DNA of 64,000 nt from the NCBI GenBank assembly GCA_040285825.1, contig JAUPSS010000004.1, positions 744,001-808,000 on the forward strand, read 5' to 3'. Positions 48,441 to 61,100 of this stretch are shown one piece after another. This DNA comes from Eukaryota sp. TZLM1-RC (taxonomy: Eukaryota; Protista; Metamonada: BaSk clade). The stretch's first letter is position 1. Each line of letters begins with the position of its first letter. The notes below the pieces were generated by a model. It did no database searches and was not told the origin of the DNA. It was given only the letters and a program-made list of their open reading frames with translations. The position numbers were made by a program, and so were the translations under genes.

Positions 48441-51012
48441 CAGGGATAACTAAAGTGGTAAAGTACTTTAAGCACTTTACTTTACTTTACTTTACTTTTC
48501 TTTACTTTAAAGAATCTTTTTTTGATAAAGTAGAGTCATCATTATTTGGTTTGACAAACATTTTGTACATTTTAATAGAGAACATTCTATTTACGAAATC
48601 CTCTTCAAGTAAGGTAACTTTTCAATTCACCATAAGATAACAAAACCTAACATTTATTCAGAAACTCATCAAAAACTGATTGAAAAATTAAGTATGTGGT
48701 GGATGAGCACCAACACTCTTCTACTAATGGATCTCAATTACATCTTCATCGGATGACACCCCGCTACTTACTTCCAACTCATCAGGTTCATTGGGGACAT
48801 CTGCACCATTCAGCCGGTCCCAATACTTCTTTGAACTACTTCTTCCTCCTCTGACGTAATGCTTCACCATCACACTATCTGTTGCCCTCTGACTTTCCAT
48901 TTTGTTTCTTTCTTGTGTACATACAATACGAAAGTCCGACCAGTTTCTTTCAGCTTCTGAGTTTGATGTCACCATACTTAACAGTCTCACTGCCAGGTTA
49001 GATAGCTCAGTGTTACCGCCATGAACATACCACCATTCATGTGCTGCCATTCTGGAAGCTATGTTGAATAGTTCACTGTGTTCGAATAAATCTGACCCTG
49101 CAACATAACAAGACCATTGATGAATGATGTCTGCCTTTTTTGCCCGTCCAAATTGTTCTTCAATCACTCGAAACAAAGCATCACGACACTCTTGAAATTG
49201 TTGTTCTGTAATTAAATCCCTAAATTCAGGATCCAAACAAAAAGCCGCCCGATGATAGTCGTTGAAGATTTGCAAAATTCTGAATTCAAATCTCTGAAGA
49301 AGTAGACTGTGTTCTTCTTCTGATATAAATGATAGTTGAGTGAGATCCATTCTTTCTTTTTGCATTTGTAGATAGCGATACAGTTTGCCCATAATTGGTG
49401 TCAAACTATCAATTCTTTGCATGATATTGACAAGTGGTTTCATGAAGTCCACCAATTTTTCTACTTTTGTCCAATAGTTTTCATTGGCTAAAATTCTCTT
49501 TACGTCACAGGATTCCTGACGTAAACCCCGTTGTTCGGGGAAGGATAGCCATCGGACATACTCTTCATGAGTCAAGGTATGGGCTATAAATGGATAAAGC
49601 TCAACTACTCTTTCCAACACAAGAAAATGTGTATAGAACCTTGTAGTGGCTATTCGTTTCAACTTCTTTGTTGTAGAAACTTTTCGCATGAGCTTCTTAA
49701 TAAATGGTTTTAGAACGAACGTGACGACTTTAATGGCAGGTACGATCAACTGGCATATAGAGTCTATCTTGAATTGTGAATTCACTTCTAAAATATCTTT
49801 CATAAAGGAATTCAAAGTGTGAATTGCACACCTGAGTCCTTTGACTTTTACCATATTGAATAAATTATTGGCAGCATTAAGATAATTTGGAGCTGCATCA
49901 GTTATCACACAATTGACCAAATCAGGGCCGATTTCTTGAATTGTTGTTTCAAATAAATTGGTGAGATATGTTTCATTCTTTCGATTGGTCTCCGCATCGA
50001 CAGCTTTCCAGAAAATTGATTTCCCTGGAGCAATCAAACAAAAATTGATTAAAGAATTGCCATTTACTTCAGAACCATCTATTGCCAGGCAAAATCCTGT
50101 CAATTTGTGTTGGGTGAGTTGTTTTTTAATTCCGTCTTTTACACTAATGACCACTCGTGGTCCCACATATGACTGTAATTTGGTGTAAGAAGGTAATTGA
50201 AAAACTTGTCCATATAACTGAAAATGCTCAACTGATTTATCTATCAAGTCTTGTAGCAATGTTCCACTACTAACTTTCGTTAGAGGGAGACCTTCACTAA
50301 AACAGTACGTTGCAGCCATGTCTTCCAGCATCTTCGTGTTCAACCGCTCTTAAGTCTTCTTCAAAGTGAGTTGATGAAGTGTTCTTTGGACAGTTGGTTG
50401 TTGACTGCCTGAAAAGAAGGGATTGTGAATCGTTGATGGAGTTGATGGATTCTGTGGTGTAGAAGGAGTTGATGGAGTCTGTGGTGTAAAAGGAGTAAGT
50501 GGAGAAGGACTTGAAAAGGACGGAAGTGCTTGTCTAGGAGCTGGACTATTGATACTGGAAGCTCGTCTTTTGCGTTGTCTAGAATGTGTAGCTAGATACA
50601 CTCGTAAGTCTGCAACCTTCTTACCATTGTTACTCTCAGGACACCCTATTTGGTTGCATAACGGTACCTGTCTTTTAGGTAGTAGGTCAGGTACATAATG
50701 CCCTTCCATTGCCCATCGGTTGACAGAATAGACCTCATCGCATAATAGACATTGAAAGCGCGCACAAGTCTTTGAAACAACTTCGTTGACTTGACAGACA
50801 TTCGTCCAAGCCTCACAAGGGAGTGAAGTCATTAACAAAAGGAAATATATAAGAAAAATGAAGTGAGAAAGGGGTGGAGAATAAAGAAAGAAGCGTTCAC
50901 TACTTTATACCACTTTAGCCAATTTTAGAGCTTAAAGCTTAAAGTTTAAAGTAAAGCTTAAAGTAAATAAAGTACTTTAATTTCATTTTTTGGACCACTT
51001 TAGTCATCCCTG
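48441..51012 (-). mobile_element. Complete hAT DNA transposon
   Basis: 18-bp TIRs CAGGGAT(A/G)ACTAAAGTGG. 8-bp TSD cttaacgc at 48433-48440 and 51013-51020. Confidence 0.95.
48724..50838 (-). pseudogene. hAT transposase (zinc-finger N-terminus, DUF659-like core, dimerisation domain) with one in-frame TAA
   Basis: LAIDG, VITDAAPN, CAIH, TRF, EAERNWS. ORFs 50350-50838 and 48724-50343 are in the same frame, separated by TAA at 50350-50352. Confidence 0.85.
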
Positions 51013-52354
51013 CTTAACGCAGTTGGTATAAAACAACTGATTTTACCACCCTATTGTCCTGAAATGAATCCAATAGAGGCTTTTTTAAAGATTGGAGAGC
51101 AAAAGTTCAGGAAATTTGTTATCATTCTTAATAAAATCAAAGCATGCATATTATCACTCATAGCCTCAAAAATTTGACATTGAAAAATTGTGCTGGACTA
51201 TTGAATCATGCAGTTTGGGTGGATGATGAAGTTTATAAAAATCCATACTTTTACAAACGTTCTCTATCAAAATACATTGAGTGAGTTTTTACTTGAATAT
51301 ACTTTTATCAACTTAATTAATAAGTTTATTAGTCACTTGTTTTGTAGTGTTTGGGTTAAAAATAAATAAATTTATTAATCTAAATGTGCAATGTCCTCAA
51401 CGTCTGGTACTATTGCGAAAAAATAAGACGACAAGTCTTTAAGCTCTTCAGGATCCCCAAGATCAAAAAAATCAGTCTTTATACATCGGCAGAAAGACCA
51501 CTTTCATAGTTCTTTATGAAACTACGACAAACCCTATATCTGTGCACATTGTGAAAAGCCACTTGTGAAGAAACATATTCAAAAACAAAGTTTATTAAAA
51601 ATCCATGTTGTAAACGAATTTTCAAACGATGACATCATCAAAAATTCAATATAAACAAGAAAATTTTGAAAAATAGATTAAACGGTAACGAGCTGCTTTT
51701 GACATTTGAAGGTAAAAATAATGATTGAGAAAACACAATTAAATCGCACGAATTGCCGAAAAGGGAAAGAAGACCAAAAAAAAGACATAAAGACAAAATT
51801 AGAGAAGTAAAGTTGAATGAATGTACTGAAAAATAGTTTGTCGAAGTCGCAGGCAATCACTCGAAATAATACCTGATAGGCCTCTCATCGGCGTTGATCT
51901 GGGCCAATCTAGGTTTAGTGGTTATTTCTTAAACGATAGCCAATGTGAAGTTATTCCTTGTCCAACAAGGTTGAGATTGATTTATAGACTATTTTAAAAG
52001 AAACTAATGTTTCGATCTGGCCAAATTCATGCTTAAAAAACGTCATATCATATCACAGCTGCGGAAAGACTCATGAAACTTCTAATTCTTAAACAATTTG
52101 TCCACTTTTCCGAAAATAATTCTAGCCCTCAGATGAAGTAGAGCTCTTCTAATGCTGGACCTTATGAAGATGGTACTCTGTTCTGGCGAGGAGCAGAACA
52201 TCAGGCTACATGCAAGGAATATTCCAAGGACTGCAGTGATTCACTATTCAACAGAATGTTATTTAGAGTGTTATTCAATCCGAAAAAGAGATTAATGAAA
52301 GGAAGTAGTAGTCTTGGTATCAAATCAGCCCTTTTACACAGTTCCCCGGGGAAC

Positions 52355-52942
52355 TGTCAAAATCGAATCGTCGATTAATCGTCTGATCATATCTCTGTCC
52401 GATCGATTATCGCAATTATCGCGATTAATCTTAGATTAATCGGTGAAGCTGTTCATCCTCATCTTCATAGTTTTCATGAGTGAGTATATGATTGTACAAG
52501 TTGGTCCAACCAGATGTCTTACTGCGTCGAAGTTTCTTTGAGCAGTTGCATCGATACAAAGTACCACGACTTGGCGATGCAGGGAGATCCTCTGGCACTT
52601 CTGTGAAGAATGCGGGACATAAGGTTTTTCTATCTGGCATTCAGGAAAGTAAAGTAGAAGTAAAATTGAGCCTGTATTAAATGCTACTGAATTCAAGATT
52701 TTGTCTGTGATTCCTCACTCATTATTCTTTTATTATACACCTATAATAAGTATAACTCAACTTCTGCATCTAGAAAATATTAGTATTATTAATATAGACA
52801 TAAAAATATTAATATTATTTAAATAACCACAAATAATAATCGGCGATTAATCGTCGATTTTTCATCCGCTAGCGATTCGACATTGCGATGAATGGATCGT
52901 CCGATAATCGAATCCACGATTCGATTTTGACAAGCCCAGTCT
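52355..52942 (-). mobile_element. Small non-autonomous hAT derivative carrying a BED finger
   Basis: 16-bp inverted repeat tgtcaaaatcgaatcg (52355-52370 / 52917-52932), flanking cggggaac repeats, ORF YRCNCSKKLRRSKTSGWTNLYNHILTH. Confidence 0.7.
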
Positions 52943-53500
52943 CGGGGAACTTCCCCCTGACTGAAAAATTGGTGTGTGAATAGATGAAGTCCATCATGTT
53001 TGTGAAAGAAGTGAACCCTTAGCCCAACCCGAAGAAGTAGTTGTTGATTCTGTTCTCGAACACTACATCAATTCAATCTGAATAATTCAAGAGAATGATT
53101 CTTTTCATTAAATACATGTAAGTTTATCTTGAATCTCCTTCAAAGATTTCCTCCCACTGCTTCTGTCTTCACATGATAGAATCACCTTTTCATCAAAGAA
53201 AATTGGTGGCCTTTTTCCTTTCATCTTAAACTTTCACAATACTTACTCACTTTCTTTTCTCATATGCATTGCTGGAAGAAATTTAGAATAATACCTTTAG
53301 CTTCTCATAAAGGTTCTAAATTTCTTGAGGTACCTCCACATGTTTTCCAATCTGTGAAAAAATTTCCACTTATTGAAGGATCATCTTCCAAAACAAAGTT
53401 TATCAAAAATACATGTCTGAAACGAATATTCAAACAATGTCCTTACCAAAAATTTAATATCAACAGAAAAAGTTTGAAAAATAGATTTAAAAATTTTTTA

Positions 53501-54182
53501 GGGAAAACTCCAAAATCCACACGTTTTTCAAAGATAGAACAAAATCCACACTTGCAAAACAAAATCCACACACTTTCATAGATTCACAACACAATCCACA
53601 TTTCCTATGAACATTGATCTTAAACGTCTTAGGAACGATGCAACATTGGTGGCAACGGAACACAAGACGTTTGAGTCGAGATTGGACTTACAGACCTTCT
53701 TACATCAACTTGCACTTCAATACAACAAGGAATTCACAGTTGCTCCCAACAATAACAAAACGCGGTATGAGGTGAGGTGTACTGCTGCCGAATGTCCGTT
53801 CAAAATCATAGCTAGGGCACCAATAGATTCTGAGGTCTGGTGTATTACCAAAGCGGTCACCCATGCAGCAGAATGTGTAGCCTCTCCGAAGACCTATTTT
53901 CCACCCAAGATCATTGCATACATCTTAAAAGAAGAGTTCAAGTGCGAGAGACCGTTTTCGCCCAAAGCGTTGGAAAAATCTAGCTCCGTCATCAATAATG
54001 GTACATCTGCAGCACGGACAATTAGGGCTGCACAAAACTACTTATACGGTGACAGGGAATCTTCCTATAGACTCCTCCCGTATTACTTTTTTGCTATATG
54101 TGAAAAGATGCCAGGAAGCGTGGCTTTTGTGAACTTCAATGCAGAAGGACATTTTCATAGATGTTTTTTCTCTCTTGAAGCT
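53501..54182 (+). mobile_element. 3'-truncated second copy of the MULE at 12062
   Basis: Near-identical to 12062-12743, including the left TIR. Confidence 0.92.
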
Positions 54183-54890
54183 AGGAGAACTCGATGCTTT
54201 GTTTTCAACAACAACTAATTCCATACTTATGGAAGAAACTTTGGCAGAACACGACCTTACTGCACAGTTTCTTTCATCAAAAACGGTCAGAATGACCAAT
54301 GAACGCAATGATTTTGAGTTTCATCAGCGCCAGGACCTCTTTCGTCGCCACTTTTACCCACTTTTATGGTGACTTCAGGAAAGCGACCATCCTGCAACAT
54401 TTTATTCAAACAGCGACTAATTTTTGATTAATGTTTATTTGAAATCAAATGATTTTTCTCTTGAAAATACTGCTGTTCACTGTTTAAATAAGGGGACTTG
54501 AAATATTCCCATGAATTCCACCCCGACCCGTTAAACATAGGTTTACAAACAAACTTCATGCCCAACAGCACTGATTGTAATATTCAAATAGTATCAGCAA
54601 GACTTTGAGGTGGCCTATGATGTGACTCTGCAACAACCTTGTTTCGAAATTGTTTAAAAACTTTCAATAGAATTGTGATCGAATATATGCGGGAAAAAGT
54701 CCCTCAGGGAGGTTATCAATTCGTCTATTCATTCTCCTGTTGTCCCATCAGCTTCTTCTTCTTCAAGCTTCGACGAGTTAGAATTTATTTCTGAGACGAA
54801 CTCCACCCGAGCTGTCCATAAGCTGTTGTTCCGAAAAAAAGGTCGTCCCACTGGATCTTCAAGTACTTCACCAAGTTAGAAGATGGACGT

Positions 54891-55172
54891 TTGCAATGCA
54901 ACGATAAAAACTGCCGTCCCCATCACAAACCCTACTCTAGTATCACCGGAAATGGAACAATTTCCAGTCATCTTTGTCGACATCACCTAGCTTCTTTGGA
55001 GAACAACAAAAAGAAGAGATGCGAGTTTTATTTATCAGAAAAAAATCTACTATCTTTCGATTTGAGTAATGAGCCTCAGTCAGTCGACAAAGAATTGTCA
55101 GCCGAAGAAGCTGAACAACTTTCTCCAATCTTCTTTCTCAACTTCTTCTCCCTTGTTTCCACAAAGTTTTAG
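54891..55172 (+). pseudogene. BED zinc-finger relic (hAT N-terminus)
   Basis: CNDKNC..SSITGNGTISSHLCRHH. Confidence 0.5.
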
Positions 55173-58100
55173 ATGAAAATTAGTGTAACAAGTGAACATC
55201 GACTACGTATCAAAAACAACTTCACACACACAACAAATGTACACATCACGCTATCTACAAGGTAAAAAGGTCAATTTTTTCAAAAAAAAATAAAATATAA
55301 AATAATAGAGGAATAACTTTTGGGCTAACAAAAACAACAATATTAACAAATCATATATCAATATTCTAAGTGTCATCGAGACCAACCACTCTTTTGAAGC
55401 ATTCTCCTACATCGTTTGTAAATCCAACTTTTGAACTGATTCTATTGCCCTACCTCAAAACAAAAGAACTTATGTTCACAATCAAAGTCGATTCGACTAC
55501 ATTTACCAATTCAAAAAATTGTTCCCTAATCTTGGGAAGTGAGTGTCTCAATATTGTGCAACTTGTACGACCCAGCCAAAAGCTACAGTCAAGAATACTA
55601 CTGCTTATCATATTTATATGAAAATGATGAATCTCGACAAGCCCCGAAGAAAAGACAGACGGAAGAAGAGGCAGTGTAGGATTTAAAGCAAATAAACAAC
55701 AAAAATTCAAAAACATGTAGACTATACAGACACACGTAATCAGATCTTTCTTGACTGTAATCAACCTCAAAAAGTTAAAAACTGAATGATTAATGATTAC
55801 TCAGTCGTTGTGTATTTGTAAAACGAGACTCTAAATAAAGAGAATTACTCCCAATATTTGGTAGAGACACTTTTGAAAGTTGTGAATAACTAAGCAATGA
55901 CTGGAAAAAATATGTTGTTGGAATAAAGAATTAACATTGAAAATCAAACAATTCTTAAAAACTACAGAAAAATCAAAGTTCCAAAACTTATTAAAATGAG
56001 TAAAGGTTGTTTCATTGAATATTGCAAATAAATAAAACAAAAATAAACAGAATGCCGTCACAAAATTTGAAAAAAATGCAAATTAAGTTTGAACAACTGC
56101 CAGCACTTAGTTGGGAATTTTCCAAATAAAAACCAATTTTGCTAGATTAACATTGAATTCAAAAAGAAATACATTGATGGTAGATCCAAAACAAAAATGA
56201 CCGTCACACTAAGGAAGGAATTGGGGTAAACTAGAGGCAAAGAAAATCAAACACGTGGAATAAACTTAGCAAGTATCAGCCATTTCATAAAAAACGAAAT
56301 GGATAAATTAAATTAAATTAAAAGATTAGATAATTAGATTAATAAATACACTGTGGATTATTACAAAAGGAAACTGTTTCACTAACCACCTGAAAGACAA
56401 ATTAACAAGGTATTTAAAAAGATAAGATTATTGACCATTTAAATAATGAACAAATCAACCCATTTAGTAACAAACTGTAGCCTAGTCCAGCGTTCGATTC
56501 CCAGTGTGGGATAACAATTGAAAGTGATGGAAAAGCAATGGATACAAACAAATCAGGGATAAAGAACGTAACAAAAGTTAAGACAGAAATAGAAGACAAT
56601 GCATTAATAAGTTGAGCTGAATTCTGGAGTCAATGGCCCCTGTAAAGAACGAAGATCGGAGGCAAACTAAAAAGAAAGAGTGAATGACATAGCGAGTGAG
56701 ACGAAATGCGTGGTAAGGGAAGACTGATAAGATAGTGACAAAGAATGAATCTTTTATTGGTATCAATCAGGGATAACTAAAGAGGAAGCAGCATATACCT
56801 TATTGACAAAAGTCGCAAAGTAATTATGATGTAGATCTTTGTAAAGAAAAAGGAGACCGCAAATGATCTAGACATCTGTATCAACCTAGACACGTCATGC
56901 AAAGGTGAATCTTAAAGAGTGAATGTTGAAAAGTGAAAAGTGTTGATCAACCCTTACCCTCCACACCTCTCCTTTATCTCCTATGGAGGACACCTTTTCC
57001 TCTACATCACTGCAATGTGGTGTTTGTCTCAAGGAGGCCTTGCCCAAACTTGTTTCCCTTCCTTGTGGGCATAACTTTTGCACCATATGCTTCGTCAAAT
57101 GGTGTGAAGAAACATCCCGTTCCTGTCCTGTTTGCAGAGGGATGGTTCCGGACGTTCCCTTCAAGACAAACATTCTTTTAACAAAATGTTTTTCCTTTAT
57201 AAAAAAACTTGAACATGAACGATCTGATCTCTTATCGCAATTGACTTTAACTCATGAACAATCCACGAGGAAATGTGCAGAAATAGAAGAAATAGAGGAA
57301 GAAAAGTTCATCTTAAAGGGAAAATTGAACACAATGAGTAAAAAATTTGTTCAGTTTAAGAAAAACAATAATAATCAATCAAATAAATTAAAAGCTCAAT
57401 TGGTTAATGTTCATCAACAATTATGAGCAGCTCAAGCTCATCAAGATCAATTACAAGAACGTAATGAATTTCTTTCCACTGAACTTCAAAGAGCTCTTGA
57501 AGTTGCTGGTAGTTTTGAAGAATTAAACCAACAAGAAGCAAAGATTAAGGAATTGGAAGCTGAATTACAATGTTCAAAAACTTCAATCGGCGAACTTCAG
57601 CAAAAAAATGCTGAACTCCATGCTGCATTAAAAACCACGGACAATCAAAATCTTCGCAGAAAAGCTTCAATTTTCAATGAAGTGCCGTTAAAGAGACCAA
57701 ATATGGAATCATTTTGGGTCAATGAATCACAATCAAATTTTGATGAATTTTCTCAATGGGAAACTGAAGGTGTTCAAAAGTATGTTGTTTTGGAATCTGG
57801 ATTATTAGTTCATGCTGACTCAATGAAGAAGGACAATGAAGCCATAATTAATATGGAAAATGTACTGGAAGATACTAGCAGTCAACTTGATATTTACAAG
57901 TCAGAAATAGAATCATACAAAATTCAATTGGCTAATGCTAATCACCAGTTAACGGCAGCTGAAGCTGATCAAAATCAATTACAAGATCATAATAAAATCC
58001 TTTCCTCGGAGCTTGAAAAACTCCGTGATGAAAGTACTGCTATCTTTGCAAAATTGAGCCAACGAGAAACTCAGATTAAAGAATTGGAAGCTGATTTGCA

Positions 58101-61100
58101 GTCTGCAAATGCTTTAGTCACTAAAAGTCAACGTGAAAATGCTGATCTTCGTGCTGCATTACAAGACAAGGAAAAGAAAATTTTTACTTATAAACAATTA
58201 GAAGAAGAGATTACTGTACTCAATCAGCGACAATTAGCTTGAATTTCTGATTTAGAAGAACGTAAACAAAAAGAAATTTCTCAACTCAAGACTTTTTATG
58301 AACAGAATCTTAATAAATTACAATCAAATTTAGATGAACTTTCCCAGCGGGAATCTGAAGCTGTTCAAGAGATTACTGCACTTCAATCCGTATTATTAGT
58401 TCATGCTGACTCAATGAAGAAGGACAATGAAGCCTTAATTAATACTCAAAAAACACTTGAAAATACTAGAAAACAACTTGTTATTTATAAATCAGAAGCA
58501 GAATCCTTAAAGACTGAATTCTCAAATGGTAATCAACATTTACGAGCAGCTCAAGCTCATCAAAATCTATTAAAAGAACGTAATGAAGGGCTTTCATACG
58601 AACTTCAAACGGCTCGTGATATTCCATATTTTCATTTTAATGTCTTACCTATCACATTTACATCAGCTCTTTATGATCAAGCAAGAGAAGTGAATCTCAC
58701 TTCTTATAAGCTTGACGAGACCTGTGTCTCAATTATTGCAGGTTTTCTGAAAGAGAACCAGCATATAATTGAGATGAATCTCACAAACAATTATATAAAT
58801 GGTCGAGCAGCACTTTTAATTGCTCAATCATTAAAAATCAATTGTTCATTGGAATTTTTGGATCTTGGGGTAAATAAAATTCCCAATTATGCTTGCAAAG
58901 CATTAGCTGATGCTTTGGTTATCAATTGTACATTAAGGAGGTTGGGGTTGAGTGGCAACCTCATCAGGTACCAGGGTGCTCGAGACCTTGCTCAAGCTTT
59001 GGAAAGAAATAGCTCGCTCGTTAACCTTCATTTGGATCGCAATAACTGTGGTAATAAAGGAGCAATTTTCTTAAGTCGAGCTCTCAAAATTAATAATACT
59101 CTTGAATTGCTTAGCTTACAAGATAACAATATTGATGATGAAGGTGCTGAAGCTTTGGCTGAAGCAATGATGGTGAATTCAAGGGTTAAGTTGAGACTTA
59201 ATGGTAACAAATTAACTGAAGAAAAGAAGAGAGAATTCAAAGAAAGGTTTGGTGATAGGATTCATTTAGTGTATTTTGTTAGATAGAGAAAATTTGTTTC
59301 AATACATATAATTGAAGAACCACAAATTTATTTGTTGAGTGGGTGAATAATTTTTATTAAGCTTTGAGCTGTTGTTGGATTAAAGAAGTAATACAGAAGG
59401 TGATTATTCAGCACTAAACAGTAAAGCAAGGTAGGACAATTTGGAAATATTCTGTAGTTTATCTTTATAAAGCGGCTGTGATATTCAACTTCTGATACAA
59501 TGTGCAGTTTTTTGATAAAGCAAAACCTTTTTCCAACACAACAATAATAATATGAATAGCAAAACATATGTACACAACATATATAACTAAGTAACAGCAA
59601 AAAAATTTACATCAAGTCTTGGCAGATAGCAATACATAAGCATCATTTCTTCTAATTAATTATTGTCTAATATTCGTTAAATAAAGTGATACAAATATTT
59701 TTCCTCACCAAAATTCCTGTTAGGATTTTAACAAGTAATGAGATACTTCCTGCAATTGAAACAGCAGTAATATATCACCCATTAAAGACTTTTAATCAAG
59801 AATATCCTAGTATGAGAAAATTAAATCTTTTATTCGACAATTAGTGCCCTCAAAAAAGAACGTTCTCAAATTGGAAACAAATTTTTTACCAATGCTCTCA
59901 TCCGCTTCTGCTTCAACTGACACTTTGTTTGGCCTGACTCATTACAAGTTTGATAAGGATGTCCATTTGTTACCAACGATTTTGGAATAACCTAGCCCAA
60001 AGTTCACTGTATACTGCAAACATTGCAGTATAGTGGCTTCATTCTCAAAAAATGTCGCATATGAGTGAAGAGAGTTTTACAACAGCTGTTGTCAGTTTAA
60101 ACAAATCAACATCCAATCTTATCAGTATGACAATTATTGAAGAATTTACCAAAAGTCTTTTCAAAAATGATATATTTTACAGTAAAAAGATTTTAATTTT
60201 GAAAGAGCATAAGAACTTATCAAATGCAAAAAGAAAAAGGAAAACAGTGCTCAAGTTTACGATATTTTTATCACAGTCAATGGTTTGCAGCCACAGTTTA
60301 TCTTTTTTAAATGCTAAATGGATTATTTGAGTTTAAGGAAAGGTTACTCAAAACCCCATCACAATTGTTAAACATAAAAATTGTTTCGTTCAGAATTTAT
60401 CATAACTGATTCTAATAACTGTCAATAGTTACAACACAAATCGGATATTTCAACACTATTGCCATCAATTCAAAGTTTTGCGTTTGTTTAGAATTTGTGC
60501 AAATATTTTCCTAAATGTTGTACACCTTTGTTTAATTCTCCATTTGAAATCACAGAAAGAAACAAGACAGAACATATGATATTTATATTGAACAATCTGA
60601 AACAGATGGAAATACGCAACTTGTGTTTGTTCGTTTCCCATTTTCAATAAATGAAACACTGCAAGTACAAGCGTAAATGACTTTAAATAAATTAAAAAAA
60701 TGATTGAAGAAAAAACAATGAGGAGATTTTGTTTTTGTTGAGGTCTTTGTCATAATTGATATGTATTCATCAATTATTTACCAAGGTCATTCAATCAAAG
60801 CACGATGCTTACGTTAGAAGTCAAACAGATCAGTATTTGGTAGAGGGCACCTTGATTCAACAAATTTCCTCTCATCAGATCTGTATTTTTAGGACAGTGT
60901 TGAAGTGGAATACAAAACGTATCTCAAGTTAATTGAAATAAATAATGATAATCACAATGTACTGAAGATTTTCATCAGTTAAAAAATGACTTGGCAATTT
61001 TATGTGTTTTTGAATTGATAGAATTGTCTCTTTACAATCGTGTCAAAATCTGCCAAAAATCGTATATCCGTGGGAGCAAGTGAACCAAATAGAAAAAAAC

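Larger units (their letters stand above)
47985..51480 (+). pseudogene. Two-gene IS630-like transposon, copy 3, degenerate and split by a hAT insertion
   Basis: EDTRVRALYTVFFLG. After removing the hAT it reads MDGCRIH..LPPYCPEMNPIE (D34E). Convergent accessory C-terminus VPDVEDIAHLD* ends at 51375. Confidence 0.78.
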
